DNA from: a candidate division WOR-3 bacterium
GTDB lineage: Bacteria > Hydrothermota > Tepidihabitantia > Tepidihabitantales > Tepidihabitantaceae
Direction: 5' to 3'
Assembly: GCA_037441285.1 (NCBI GenBank)
Contig: JBBISL010000004.1
Location: 61,470-125,469 of the forward strand
DNA: 64,000 bases
Shown: piece by piece, positions 39,650 to 50,094 of the stretch
How positions within the stretch are numbered: position 1 is the stretch's first letter
Layout: the number at the start of each line of letters is the position of its first letter
Notes under the pieces: model-generated
What the model was told of the DNA's origin: nothing
Seen by the model: only the letters and a program-made list of their open reading frames with translations
Database searches by the model: none
Made by a program: the position numbers and the translations under genes

Positions 39650-39721
39650 AGTCAATCGAGTAACCACTCAGGGAGTCGCTCCCTGATTCACTTATTGAGT
39701 CACTTACTGAGTCCTTTCCCA
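39650..39721. repeat. Degenerate 12-bp tandem array containing four phased GANTC sites
   Basis: Units agtcaatcgagt/aaccactcaggg/agtcgctccctg/attcacttattg/agtcacttactg/agtcctttccca. Confidence 0.55.
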
Positions 39722-39962
39722 GACCCCATCCGAACCGGTTTTGGCGTTTAAGCCCGAGAGTATAACCGATTAAGAACCAAAGAGTTATACTTCGGGGATG
39801 TATTATGCCATTAAAGGTGCCGTCCGGCAGGATGCTTTCGGTTCAATTCCGTTTCGGGTATTGGGCGCTATCTGTTATCCGGTTTATCGGCAAGATTGCC
39901 GCTTGATTTTAACCCCTATCTTTACTCACAACACCTATTGAAAAGTCGGCTTGTTTTCCCTC

Positions 39963-39990
39963 TTGACTTTGGCTTATCTCGCCTTATCCT
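39963..39990 (+). promoter_or_regulatory. sigma70-type promoter (TTGACT-N16-TATCCT), 6 nt before in-frame GTG 39997
   Basis: Read directly; no SD sequence. Confidence 0.65.
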
Positions 39991-39993
39991 GAA

Positions 39994-42570
39994 ATGGTGA
40001 TGTTGCGTAGATTCGCACTTATCCTTCTCACTTTTTGCTCCCTTGCCCTTGCCACCCGCATCTGGACACCAGAAGAACTGAATAGCCACCTTTTGCGGTA
40101 TCAGCCGGTCTGGACCTGTCGTCCCGAAACGCTGATTCTTGGACCAAGGCGGTTCAACTACCTGCACCGGATAAAACTTTTGTGCGACTTTCTTGTCCGC
40201 TATCAGGTCGCTGACTCCTTATCCCCGGATTTCGGCGGGATAATTGAAGCGGAACACCTGCCCAATATAGTTGAAACCGACAACACCCAGGAGGCGCTCT
40301 GGGTCTGGACCCGCTGGTATGAACTCACCGGCCGGGACGATTATCGGCAAAACATCAACCGCGCCTGGCACTACATCCTGAACCATCCGGCATATCAGGA
40401 GCATCAGGGCAACCCCTCAAACATCTGGTACGCGGTCTGGAACTGCGGACTCGGAATGTGGGCAGAAGCGCTTTATCACCGGGTTTATCAGGACTCAACC
40501 TACCTGTTCTATGCCGACTCCTGCCGCAACTTTTACCTCGCTCATCCGCTCAATCCGGCAAACTATCTTGACAACTTTGTTACCGCCCAGAGTTCGGGAA
40601 TGGCTTATGATTATGCCCGGGAAAGAAACGACCTGACTTTGAAAGATACGGCACTTGCCCGGGGGGTAAGAATTAAGAACTGGATTCAAGAGGATGCCTG
40701 TAACCGGCTCGGTTTTCAGAACTGGGCGATGTGCGGCGGCACCGCATTCTGGGGTGTTGCGAAAACATTCTGTCAGGAAGACACGGTAGCGGGCAGGCAG
40801 TGGCTTTTGACCTATGCCGAATCCCTGCCCGGTTTTTACCCCACCGGCACCTGGAACTGCTCGCACAACATCTGGCTTGCCAATGCCTATCGGGCTGCCG
40901 CGGAGTTGACCAACCATCCGGACTACTTTATTTACCATCAACACCTCACCGACACCCTCTTGATGAAGGACACCGACCTTGATGGTGCAATCCCGGCAAC
41001 CTGGACCGACCCGAACACTCAGGACCAGACCTGGGTCTCAACCTATCTTGACTTTATGGGAATGGACCGGCTCGTGAGTCCGATTTATGACCAGGACCTT
41101 GCCCTGTTGCAGTTTATTCAACCCGAAATCGGGCGTCTTTACCTTGTAGGGGACACCATCAATGTCCAGGTGCCGGTTGCCAATGTCGGCAGAAACAATT
41201 CAACTTCCGCAACCCTGACTCTATTTGTTTCCGGTGTGCCGCTCGACTCCACAACGGTACCGGCACTGCCCTTTCTTGCCACCGACACCTTTGCTTTCTC
41301 TCCCCTGCCCCTTAACACCTCCGGTCCGCTCGAACTGCGTGCTGTCTTGAACCCGGACCAGAACCCGGCTAATGACACGGTTCGTCAACCGTTAAAGGTG
41401 TATAACCATTGCACGGTTACCGGCACCTTAATTGATTCACTTAACCGTAGCCCGGTAACCGCGAAAATCAAAGCACAACTTTTCGGCAGAAACGAAATCT
41501 GGGACTCAACAACCACCGACTCCGCCGGCAACTTCTCTTTGACCCTGCTTGACTCGATATTTGTTGTTACCGTTGAACCGCCGCCACCCTACTACAACTT
41601 TACCCAGAACATCCGATTTAATAACGACACCATTATCACCCTTTATGCCCAGCCTGCCGCGGTGCTGATTGTCAACAACGACACTTTGGAAAATTACACC
41701 GGCTATTACACCACAACCCTTGACACCCTGACTGTAACCTACTGCGTCTGGTTGCGAAGAAGTCAGGGACCGATTCCGGGCACCTTACTTGACCGATTGC
41801 AAAACCGCACCGTCATCTGGTTTACGGGCAACACCCGATACCAGACTGTACCGGTTTCGGACCAAAATACCCTTAGCCAGTTTCTCCATCGCGGGGGCAA
41901 CCTTTTGCTTACCGGCCAGAACATCGCTGAGGACCTTGCCGGCACAACATTTTTGGAAAGCATTGCGGGCTGCCGGTTTGACTCTTCCGGTTATTCAGGA
42001 TTCTTAGTTTTCGGTAATCGGGCAGACTCTATAGGCAGAGAGGTAACCGGCACCGCAACCGCGGGTGGCAATGGCGCCAACAATCAGACATCAAGGGATA
42101 TCATTGCGCCAGTCAACAACAGCCGGCTCTTCCTCGTTTACGACACCACGACCAATATTGGTACAGGAGTGAGAAACCAGTTGAATTCGGGCGGTCGGGT
42201 TATAACCCTCGGTTTTGGGTTTGAAGCGGTCAATAAGCCCGCATCCCGACCCAGTTATTTTACCCGGGTGCAATTGATGAACACAATGCTCCATTGGCTT
42301 ATTTATGGCACCGGCATCACCGAAACACCCGGCATTAAAGCCCAACCCCGGACATCGCTTACCGTCTTCCCCACAGTTTTTCGGCAACACCTGCTCCTAT
42401 TATCTTCTAAGCCCGTAACTATCACCATTTTTGACCTATCGGGCCGAGCGGTTTTCTCAACCCGAATCCCTGCGGGAAAGACCCGATTAAAACTATCCGG
42501 TCTTGGTGCCGGTGCCTACTTCCTGCGCGCCGGTGATATTGCTCCCACCTTATTGGTAAAACTGAAATAA
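39994..42570 (+). CDS. Secreted multidomain protein: helical (alpha/alpha-barrel-like) N-domain, CARDB, carboxypeptidase-regulatory-like domain, alpha/beta domain and CTD
   Basis: Signal peptide; VANVG...DQNPAND CARDB; VIWFTG...FLHRGGNLLLTGQ; C-terminal VFPT...IFDLSGR...GAYFL. The start may be GTG 39997. Confidence 0.75.
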   Translation: MVMLRRFALILLTFCSLALATRIWTPEELNSHLLRYQPVWTCRPETLILGPRRFNYLHRIKLLCDFLVRYQVADSLSPDFGGIIEAEHLPNIVETDNTQEALWVWTRWYELTGRDDYRQNINRAWHYILNHPAYQEHQGNPSNIWYAVWNCGLGMWAEALYHRVYQDSTYLFYADSCRNFYLAHPLNPANYLDNFVTAQSSGMAYDYARERNDLTLKDTALARGVRIKNWIQEDACNRLGFQNWAMCGGTAFWGVAKTFCQEDTVAGRQWLLTYAESLPGFYPTGTWNCSHNIWLANAYRAAAELTNHPDYFIYHQHLTDTLLMKDTDLDGAIPATWTDPNTQDQTWVSTYLDFMGMDRLVSPIYDQDLALLQFIQPEIGRLYLVGDTINVQVPVANVGRNNSTSATLTLFVSGVPLDSTTVPALPFLATDTFAFSPLPLNTSGPLELRAVLNPDQNPANDTVRQPLKVYNHCTVTGTLIDSLNRSPVTAKIKAQLFGRNEIWDSTTTDSAGNFSLTLLDSIFVVTVEPPPPYYNFTQNIRFNNDTIITLYAQPAAVLIVNNDTLENYTGYYTTTLDTLTVTYCVWLRRSQGPIPGTLLDRLQNRTVIWFTGNTRYQTVPVSDQNTLSQFLHRGGNLLLTGQNIAEDLAGTTFLESIAGCRFDSSGYSGFLVFGNRADSIGREVTGTATAGGNGANNQTSRDIIAPVNNSRLFLVYDTTTNIGTGVRNQLNSGGRVITLGFGFEAVNKPASRPSYFTRVQLMNTMLHWLIYGTGITETPGIKAQPRTSLTVFPTVFRQHLLLLSSKPVTITIFDLSGRAVFSTRIPAGKTRLKLSGLGAGAYFLRAGDIAPTLLVKLK

Positions 42571-42630
42571 AAACCGCAACTCTTTCACCATTTTTGTGGT
42601 CTAATAGATGACGATGGCAAACAGTATAAT

Positions 42631-42659
42631 TTGACTTTAAGGCAAAAATAACATAAACT
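42631..42659 (+). promoter_or_regulatory. sigma70-type promoter of clpC-bamA (TTGACT-N17-TAAACT)
   Basis: Read directly; in-frame ATGs 4 and 10 nt downstream; no SD sequence. Confidence 0.65.
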
Positions 42660-42663
42660 TTTT

Positions 42664-45108
42664 ATGGATATGCAGGAAAGATTTACCGAGAGGGTTCGCA
42701 AAGTAATGTCTTATGCCCGGCAGGAGGCAATCAGGCTCCATCACGACTACATCGGCACCGAACACATCTTACTGGGAATTGTAAAAGAAGGTGAGGGTGT
42801 TGCCGCCGTTGTCCTCACCAATTTAGGCATTAACCTTGATGACCTGCGTCGGGCAGTGGAAAATGCGGTTCCCGCCGGATTTGAAACCCTGGTCTTAGGT
42901 GAAGTCCCGCTGAACCAGGAGGCAAAATCGGCGCTCAACTTTGCGGTTGATGAAGCCCGCAAGATGAACCACACCTATGTCGGCACCGAACATCTCCTCC
43001 TCGGACTACTGCGCGAAGAGCGCGGTGTCGCCTGTCAGGTACTCCAGTCTCTGGGCATTGATATCGAACTGGTGCGTCAGGAGACGATTCGCCTTTTGAG
43101 TGGCGATAAAGGACCTGCCGGTGCCAAGACCCGTTCCAAGACCCCGGCGCTGGACTACTTCTCGCGTGATTTGACCCAGCTTGCCCGCGAAGAAAAACTG
43201 GACCCAATCATTGGTCGGGAAAAGGAGATTGAACGCATTGTCCAGATTCTTGCCCGGCGCAAAAAGAACAACCCGGTTTTAATCGGCGAAGCCGGCGTCG
43301 GCAAGACCGCAATTGTTGAAGGACTTGCCCAGCGTATCGTCGCCGGCAGGGTGCCCAATGTGTTAAAGAACAAACGGGTTCTGGCGCTCGATATGGCAGC
43401 GATTGTTGCCGGCACCAAGTACCGGGGCCAGTTTGAAGAACGGTTGAAATCAATTTTGAACGAGATTCAGCATCATGGCGACTGCATCATCTTCATTGAT
43501 GAAATCCACACCATTGTCGGCGCCGGTGCCGCAGAAGGCGCAATTGACGCCTCCAGTATCTTGAAACCGGCGCTTGCCCGCGGTGAGATTCAGGTAATTG
43601 GCGCCACGACTCCGGAAGAGTACCGACGCTACATTGAAAAGCACTCCGCCTTAGAGCGCCGGTTCCAGAAGATTATGGTTGAGCCGCCCACGGTTGCGGA
43701 AACGGTTCAAATTCTCCAGGGGCTCAAAGAGAAGTACGAACTGCACCACAATGTCACTTACGAAGACGCCGCGCTTTATGCTGCCGCCTATCTTGCCGAC
43801 CGCTACATTACTGACCGCTACCTGCCGGACAAGGCGATTGATGTCATCGATGAAGCCGGCTCCCGGGTAAAACTGCTGCGCCCGGTAATCAATCCCGAAC
43901 TGGACGAAATTGAGAGCAAGATTGAGAAAATCACCCGCGCCAAAGAGGAGGCGGTTCGGCGCCAGGAGTTTGAGCGCGCTGCGGAACTGCGCGACGAGCA
44001 GAAGAAGCTGACCGAATACCTCAAACGAAAACGCAAGGAGTGGGAAAAGAAGGGCAGTTTCCCGGTTGTTACCGAAGAGGACATCGCCTATGTCGTCTCC
44101 TCCTGGACCTCAATCCCGCTTGCCAAACTGGAAGAGAAGGAGTCTTCCCGACTGTTAAGAATGGAAGAGGAACTGAGACAGTGGATTGTCGGACAGGATG
44201 AGGCGATTACCGCGGTTGCCAAAGCAATCCGGCGTTCCCGCGCCGGCGTCAAAGACCCGCGCCGGCCTATCGGCTCCTTCATCTTTTTAGGTCCGACCGG
44301 TGTGGGCAAAACCGAACTGGCACGGGTACTTGCCCGGTTCCTGTTCGGCGATGAGAACGCCCTGTTGCGGTTTGATATGTCCGAGTATATGGAGAAGTTT
44401 AATGTGTCGCGACTTGTGGGCGCACCCCCGGGCTATGTTGGCTACGAAGAAGGGGGCCAGTTAACCGAAAAGGTCCGGCGTAAACAGTACTCGGTTGTTC
44501 TATTTGACGAGATTGAGAAGGCGCATCCGGATGTGTTCAACATTTTGCTCCAGATTCTTGATGATGGCCAGATAACCGACTCCCTGGGCCGAAAGGTCAA
44601 CTTCAAAAACACCGTGATTATTATGACCTCAAACATCGCCTCAACCGAAATCCGGGGTCTATCCGGCATCGGCTTTACCCCGGCAACACCCGAAGTCAAC
44701 TACGAAAATATCCGGGACAAAGTTATGACCGAAGTCAAGAGGGTATTCAGACCGGAGTTCCTCAATCGGGTTGATGAGGTGATTGTGTTCCGGCCCCTGG
44801 ATAAGCCGCAGATGGAGGCGATTGTCGATATCCAGTTGCGGGAACTCTCCCGGCGTTTGGAAGAGAAAAAGATTACCATCGAATTGACCCCGGCGGCAAA
44901 AGAGCTTCTGGTCCAGGAAGGGTTTGACCCGCAGTATGGTGCCCGACCAATAAAACGGGCACTGCGCCGCCTGCTTGAGGACCCGCTTGCCGAAGAACTG
45001 CTCCGCGGTGGTTTGGCAGAAAACACCACGATTATAGTCGACCGGGATGGCAACCGATTAATCTTCCGGGAATCCCCTAAAGGAGCCGAAGCGCCAATCA
45101 AGGAATGA
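42664..45108 (+). CDS. clpC: ATP-dependent Clp protease ATPase subunit ClpC
   Basis: Two Clp-N repeats, GEAGVGKT and GPTGVGKT Walker A motifs, short UVR-type middle domain ([11 protein letters not shown]), IGF loop. Confidence 0.96.
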   Translation: MDMQERFTERVRKVMSYARQEAIRLHHDYIGTEHILLGIVKEGEGVAAVVLTNLGINLDDLRRAVENAVPAGFETLVLGEVPLNQEAKSALNFAVDEARKMNHTYVGTEHLLLGLLREERGVACQVLQSLGIDIELVRQETIRLLSGDKGPAGAKTRSKTPALDYFSRDLTQLAREEKLDPIIGREKEIERIVQILARRKKNNPVLIGEAGVGKTAIVEGLAQRIVAGRVPNVLKNKRVLALDMAAIVAGTKYRGQFEERLKSILNEIQHHGDCIIFIDEIHTIVGAGAAEGAIDASSILKPALARGEIQVIGATTPEEYRRYIEKHSALERRFQKIMVEPPTVAETVQILQGLKEKYELHHNVTYEDAALYAAAYLADRYITDRYLPDKAIDVIDEAGSRVKLLRPVINPELDEIESKIEKITRAKEEAVRRQEFERAAELRDEQKKLTEYLKRKRKEWEKKGSFPVVTEEDIAYVVSSWTSIPLAKLEEKESSRLLRMEEELRQWIVGQDEAITAVAKAIRRSRAGVKDPRRPIGSFIFLGPTGVGKTELARVLARFLFGDENALLRFDMSEYMEKFNVSRLVGAPPGYVGYEEGGQLTEKVRRKQYSVVLFDEIEKAHPDVFNILLQILDDGQITDSLGRKVNFKNTVIIMTSNIASTEIRGLSGIGFTPATPEVNYENIRDKVMTEVKRVFRPEFLNRVDEVIVFRPLDKPQMEAIVDIQLRELSRRLEEKKITIELTPAAKELLVQEGFDPQYGARPIKRALRRLLEDPLAEELLRGGLAENTTIIVDRDGNRLIFRESPKGAEAPIKE

Positions 45109-47342
45109 GTTCCCTTTTTCTGGCGCTTTTGCTCGCCACCCAACCCGTTTTAGATACCAATCGCATCGTTCTGCTCGACATTACCGCCCAAACCACCCAC
45201 ACCGACCCCGGTTTGGTTATTCGTACTGCCGGATTAACTCCGAAATCGGTTTACACCGCCACCAGTTTCCGGACCGCATTAGCCGAAGCCATAAGAAAGA
45301 TTTACGAACTCGGTTTTTTCTCGCAAATCGTGGCAGAAACAACGATGATTGCCGACGGTGTCAAACTGAACTTTATCCTTGAAGAGTACCCGAAACTGAA
45401 ATCGGTCCAGTTTGAAGGGTATCGCCGGGTTAAGAAAAAGGACCTGCAGTCAAAGGTAAAACTGCGGGAAGGCGAAATTCTGACCGACAAAAAGATTTTT
45501 GACCTGAGGCAGGAACTGCTTAAGATGTACAAACAGAAAGGGTTTCTCCTCGTCGAAATCAAGCCCGAAAAATCGCCCCCGGATTCAACCGGTGCCGTTG
45601 TCCTGACCTATCAGATTGACGAAGGTGACCCGGTGCGCATCCGCAAGATTGAAATCTACGGCAATGAAAACTTCACCGACCTGCAGATTAAAAAGAAACT
45701 GACCAACAAAGAGAAAACCTGGTATCGTAAGGGGCAATTAAAGGAAGAAGAGTTTGCCAAGGACCTGGACCGGATTGTTGAATTTTACAAACAACGCGGT
45801 TTTATTGAAGCCCGGGTCCTTGACTACGATATGAAGTACGACCAGGGCTGGGTGGACATTACCATTTATGTATCCGAAGGTAAAAAGTACTTTTTTGGCA
45901 ACTTTACATTTCAGGGCGATTCGGTCATTGCCCCGGAACGGCTCAAACAACTGGTGCGCTACCGACCAGGTACGGTCTACAACATCAAACAGGCACAAAC
46001 GACCCTGACCGACATCTATTCACTCTATGCCGAAGAGGGCTATATTTACGCCCAGGTTACACCAATGGAACAGATTAGCGCCGACACCGTACACATCACC
46101 TATGAAATTATCGAAGGAATGCCGGCATTTATTCGCCTCGTCCAGATTGAAGGCAACCACCAGACCCTGGACAAGGTTATCCGTCGGGAAATCAGCTCTT
46201 TACCTGGTTACCCGTTCAAACGGTCTGAAGTCCTGCGCAGCCAGCGCGACATATTCAATCTCGGCTTCTTTGAAGATGTCTCCCTTGACTATCGCCGTGT
46301 TGACACCCTGGGCGCCATTGACCTGATTTACAAGGTAAAGGAAAAGAGTTTCTTTGGCACTATTGGTGCTGGTGTTTCCTATTCTGCCCAGGACCAGTTT
46401 ACCGGCTATGTTGAACTTCAACAACCCAACCTCCTGGGCAGGGGCTGGCGTACCAACCTCAAACTGGAAAAAGGGAGCAAGAAAACCAACTTCCAGTTGA
46501 GTTTTACCGAACCCTGGCTTTTTGACACCCCGACCTCTGCCGGCTTTGATGCCGTTTATCTAACCCGGGACTACGACTATTACAATAAACAGGAAATCAG
46601 TGGCGGCATCTCTCTATCCCGGCCCCTTCCCCTTGACTACACCCGTGCCTATCTCGGTTTAAGAGTAAGCGACGCCTATGTCCCCCCTACCTCCATAAGT
46701 TCAAGTTACAAACCTTCAAAACTGTTCAATGTTTATCGGGACACCGTCCATAAAACTTCCTTTGTTCCCTCAATTACCTTAACCCGCGACTCCCGGGACT
46801 ACATCTACAATCCGCTAACCGGTTCCGCAATAACTTACACCCTTGACCTTTCCATCGGTGACATCCGCTTCCAGCGCCACACCATTGACATCACCCAGCA
46901 TCTCCCCCTTTTCTGGAAATTCGGCTTAAAAGGCAGAGCCCGTTTCGGCTACATCACCGGCTTCTCCGTGGCTGATACCGTACCCCTTTACGAAAGGTTC
47001 TATCCCGGTGGAACCGGTCCGGATGGTATCCGCGGTTATGGCGAACGCACGGTTGGACCTTACGACTTTGGTTATCCAGTTGGCGGCAGAATGCTTTCCA
47101 TCTTCTCTCTTGAATACAAACTTCGACTCAATCCCCAGCTTTCCTTTCTCGCCTTCTTTGATGCCGGTAACACCTGGGACCGAGTAAACCAGTTTAACCT
47201 TTCCGACCTGAAACGGGGTGCAGGTATTGGTGTCCGACTGGAAATTCCGATGCTCGGATTAATCGGCTTTGATTTAGGCTATGGGTTTGATAAAGCCCGA
47301 CCGGGCTGGGAACCTCATTTCCAGTTAGGAACCACCTTTTAA
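45105..47342 (+). CDS. bamA: Outer membrane protein assembly factor BamA
   Basis: Five POTRA-like repeats (for example [15 protein letters not shown]), [12 protein letters not shown] motif, C-terminal FQLGTTF. Confidence 0.93.
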   Translation: MSSLFLALLLATQPVLDTNRIVLLDITAQTTHTDPGLVIRTAGLTPKSVYTATSFRTALAEAIRKIYELGFFSQIVAETTMIADGVKLNFILEEYPKLKSVQFEGYRRVKKKDLQSKVKLREGEILTDKKIFDLRQELLKMYKQKGFLLVEIKPEKSPPDSTGAVVLTYQIDEGDPVRIRKIEIYGNENFTDLQIKKKLTNKEKTWYRKGQLKEEEFAKDLDRIVEFYKQRGFIEARVLDYDMKYDQGWVDITIYVSEGKKYFFGNFTFQGDSVIAPERLKQLVRYRPGTVYNIKQAQTTLTDIYSLYAEEGYIYAQVTPMEQISADTVHITYEIIEGMPAFIRLVQIEGNHQTLDKVIRREISSLPGYPFKRSEVLRSQRDIFNLGFFEDVSLDYRRVDTLGAIDLIYKVKEKSFFGTIGAGVSYSAQDQFTGYVELQQPNLLGRGWRTNLKLEKGSKKTNFQLSFTEPWLFDTPTSAGFDAVYLTRDYDYYNKQEISGGISLSRPLPLDYTRAYLGLRVSDAYVPPTSISSSYKPSKLFNVYRDTVHKTSFVPSITLTRDSRDYIYNPLTGSAITYTLDLSIGDIRFQRHTIDITQHLPLFWKFGLKGRARFGYITGFSVADTVPLYERFYPGGTGPDGIRGYGERTVGPYDFGYPVGGRMLSIFSLEYKLRLNPQLSFLAFFDAGNTWDRVNQFNLSDLKRGAGIGVRLEIPMLGLIGFDLGYGFDKARPGWEPHFQLGTTF

Positions 47343-47385
47343 CCTTTCAAATCTCCCGCCGGTAAAGAGCAGCCCGTCCGAACAA

Positions 47386-49008
47386 TCACTGCACCTTAAC
47401 TATCCGGACTTTTCGGCTTTCCCGTGAACCAACAAGAAAGTACACACCCGGCGCAAGCCTGTGAATATCATTCCGACCCTTGTTTAACCGCATCACCCTT
47501 CTACCCATCGGGTCTACGACATCGGCAAATTCCATACCGGTTAGAGTTACCGCATCTTTCAACATTATCGGGGCAAAATTACCGGTAAACCGGACAACTG
47601 GCTCTTCCTTAACCACCTGCGGATACTGCTCAATCGGTCCAAGCGGGTCAAGATTGCGTCCCCGCAAGCCCGAGTAGTCAATCGGGTAACGCCGCGCCTT
47701 AAACACCTGATTCGCACCCGCCGGTAAAATTCTGCCCTGCTCTTGTGGACCATGTCGCGTTACCGGATTAACATACTTCCAGACCTCGCGACCATCCGGC
47801 GTTACTTCCAAAATTGTTCCGTTCAACCCGCTACACACCAAAGTATTACCATTGGGCAGCCGCTGACAACCGGAAATCAGGCTGGAGTATAGACTCTCCG
47901 GCAGTGCTGGAACATATTGCCATATCGGTGCCGCAGGTCCATAAGCCGAATCCGCACCAAGATGGTAAAACCCCAGTGAATCCATCGGCGGCACAAACTC
48001 GTCCACAGTGGAATAGGTTGGAACCCGTCCATAACCGTTGTTGAAAAGTAAAATGTGTCCGGCACCGGGCAATCCCGGTTCAATCCACTGCGCATCATGC
48101 TGGCCAAAAAGTGTTTGACCTATCGTTTCCTGACGGCGATAAGTGCGGGGGTTTCCCCAGCGATAAAGTAAATCACCGCCTCTGCCATAACGACCACCCG
48201 AGTGGCTACGGGCTTGCTCAATTGTGGTTGAGTGGTCAATCACCCACACTTCGGAAAACTGCCGGCTGCTCAGTAAAATCTGGTCGAGTTCTTGATTGTA
48301 GGCGACGCCGTTGCAGTGATTCCAGTCGGCAACCGCCATTCCTGACACATAATTCAGGTCAATCAACTCGGGATACGCGCGGGGGTCACCGTAATTGGGC
48401 TTAGTCGAATCGTAATCCTGAATCAGATGGTCCCAGATATGCCACTCCCAGACAATTGAATCTGTTGCCGGGTTGACTTCAACCAGATGGTCGGGCCAGA
48501 GTGCGTTATAGACCAGAAGGTCGGGATTTCTACCTGCTGCAATCGCCTCTTCCCGACTCTTCAACTCCCAGGCAATCATCAAAATATTACCATTGGGTAA
48601 CATTATCGCATCGTGATGCTGACAATAGGTTGAAGTTGAGTAATCAAACGCCCAGACCACCGCACCGTCCCAGTCAACCAGTTCTACCCGACCGCCAGAA
48701 CCACCGCCACCAAAAAACACCCCATTACCTACCTGGCAGGTCCGTAACAGTAGCCCGTTTGGACATAGATAAACCGACAACCCTGGCCAGTAGGTACCGG
48801 TCCAGGAGTGCACCATCATTCCATTGTTGTCAATAAGGTAGGCTACATTGTAGGACATCGGCGCAAACAAGGTGTAACCGGGAAAGTCCGCAGTTGAGTC
48901 CCGGAAAATCAGCCCCATCGTTCTGATGTCGGCTGCGTAACCCGGGGTGGCGAACAACAGGAGGCAAAGAACTAAAAGAGCAATACGGACTCGGTTAAAC
49001 CAAGTCAC
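47386..49008 (-). CDS. Arylsulfotransferase (ASST)-like beta-propeller protein with CTD-like tail
   Basis: GYTLFAP, QHHDAIMLPNGN, DWNHCNGV, YRWGNP, QHDAQWI, QRLPNGNTL. Start set at GTG 49008 behind an AAGGAGGT SD. Confidence 0.85.
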   Translation of the reverse strand: MTWFNRVRIALLVLCLLLFATPGYAADIRTMGLIFRDSTADFPGYTLFAPMSYNVAYLIDNNGMMVHSWTGTYWPGLSVYLCPNGLLLRTCQVGNGVFFGGGGSGGRVELVDWDGAVVWAFDYSTSTYCQHHDAIMLPNGNILMIAWELKSREEAIAAGRNPDLLVYNALWPDHLVEVNPATDSIVWEWHIWDHLIQDYDSTKPNYGDPRAYPELIDLNYVSGMAVADWNHCNGVAYNQELDQILLSSRQFSEVWVIDHSTTIEQARSHSGGRYGRGGDLLYRWGNPRTYRRQETIGQTLFGQHDAQWIEPGLPGAGHILLFNNGYGRVPTYSTVDEFVPPMDSLGFYHLGADSAYGPAAPIWQYVPALPESLYSSLISGCQRLPNGNTLVCSGLNGTILEVTPDGREVWKYVNPVTRHGPQEQGRILPAGANQVFKARRYPIDYSGLRGRNLDPLGPIEQYPQVVKEEPVVRFTGNFAPIMLKDAVTLTGMEFADVVDPMGRRVMRLNKGRNDIHRLAPGVYFLVGSRESRKVRIVKVQ

Positions 49009-49146
49009 AAACACCTCCTTTAGTTAACAGCTCCACTCAAAGTCCGGACGCAATGCGCCCCTCACCAGCATAAACATATTAGCCCAATTTGACGCTGAGT
49101 CAACAGGACTCAACGATACTAAAACCCTGCTCCGCCTCTTGATAAA

Positions 49147-49174
49147 TTGACTTTGCCGCTTTCCCTGTTATAAT
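49147..49174 (+). promoter_or_regulatory. sigma70-type promoter (TTGACT-N16-TATAAT)
   Basis: Read directly; AGGAGG SD follows. A divergent minus-strand TTGACT-N16-TAATAT box lies at 49076-49103. Confidence 0.7.
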
Positions 49175-49194
49175 TATACAATAGGAGGGATAAA

Positions 49195-50049
49195 ATGAGA
49201 AAGAACAACAACGAATCTGTGCTCATCAACATCGGCATCTGGTTTGCCTTAACAGCGGCAGTCGTCTCAATGGCTGCCGACATCATCGTGAAACCACCTC
49301 TTCTCTGGCTGACCCTGATGCCCGCTTACTGTCTTGCTGTATTTGCCTTGCTTCACAGTTTGAAGTTCTGGGAAACAAAGCAGGCGTTGTGGTTTCTGGC
49401 ACTTGGTTTAATTCTTCCCTACATCGCCGAATACCTCGGAACGAATTTTGGTGCCATCTTTGGCAGCCACTGGTTTTCCCGAATCCATGACCTGCGCCTG
49501 CAGGTTGGGGTGATGCTCCCGGGCAGAATACCATTAAACACAATTCTCCTCTGGTATAGCCTGCTCTATCTGACATTCTTAACCGGAATCTTTATTGTAG
49601 ATGCAACCCCAAAATATTTAAGCGCTTACAACACTACTCCTCTGGCAGCAGCGCTCCTCATCACATTATGGCAGTTGTCTGCTGGTCCGGTAGCGATAAC
49701 ACGAGGAGCCATCGGCTTTGTCAGCAGGGGTTTCTATCACGGCATACCGCTGTCTAACTTTGTCGGCTGGTTTGCCACGACCCTGTTTATCATCTCCTTC
49801 TTCCAGGCGATAGAACCCAATGTGACGAACGCTGCCTGGTTTTACGAATCTAAGAGCCCGGTCACTATCCTGCCAATACTTATGCTGGGCGTGAACATCC
49901 TGTACAACACACTCCTTTGCTTCCGGATGGAACTTCTCGGTGCTGCCTGGTTGAGCGTTGCGGTACTGCTTTTGTTCTCGCTCGCCATTGCCATCAGGGC
50001 AAAAAGCCACCCGGCAATTCAACTGGAGGCATTAACCGCAGCAAAGTAA
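49195..50049 (+). CDS. CruF/DUF422 carotenoid-biosynthesis-family membrane protein
   Basis: EYLGTNFGAIFG, IPL.....W and FYHGIPLSNFVGWF motifs. Confidence 0.75.
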   Translation: MRKNNNESVLINIGIWFALTAAVVSMAADIIVKPPLLWLTLMPAYCLAVFALLHSLKFWETKQALWFLALGLILPYIAEYLGTNFGAIFGSHWFSRIHDLRLQVGVMLPGRIPLNTILLWYSLLYLTFLTGIFIVDATPKYLSAYNTTPLAAALLITLWQLSAGPVAITRGAIGFVSRGFYHGIPLSNFVGWFATTLFIISFFQAIEPNVTNAAWFYESKSPVTILPILMLGVNILYNTLLCFRMELLGAAWLSVAVLLLFSLAIAIRAKSHPAIQLEALTAAK

Positions 50050-50060
50050 CATCTTAAAGG

Positions 50061-50087
50061 TTGACTTGTTTTATAGTTCAATATAAT
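50061..50087 (+). promoter_or_regulatory. sigma70-type promoter (TTGACT-N15-TATAAT), 7 nt before ATG 50095
   Basis: Read directly; no SD sequence. Confidence 0.6.
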
Positions 50088-50094
50088 AAAATGG

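Noticed and set aside
39650..39721. Possible CRISPR array
   Set aside because: The units are 12-bp degenerate tandem repeats without spacers, and no cas genes are present.
39500..39751. 83-aa ORF spanning the 12-bp array
   Set aside because: No SD or promoter, low-complexity translation and no recognisable motif; probably incidental.
39788..39815. dif-like site (TATTATG)
   Set aside because: The XerD arm TTATGTTAAAT and the XerC arm are not matched.
42625..42645. CtsR box upstream of clpC
   Set aside because: Only one TTTGACT half-site is present, and it coincides with the -35 element.
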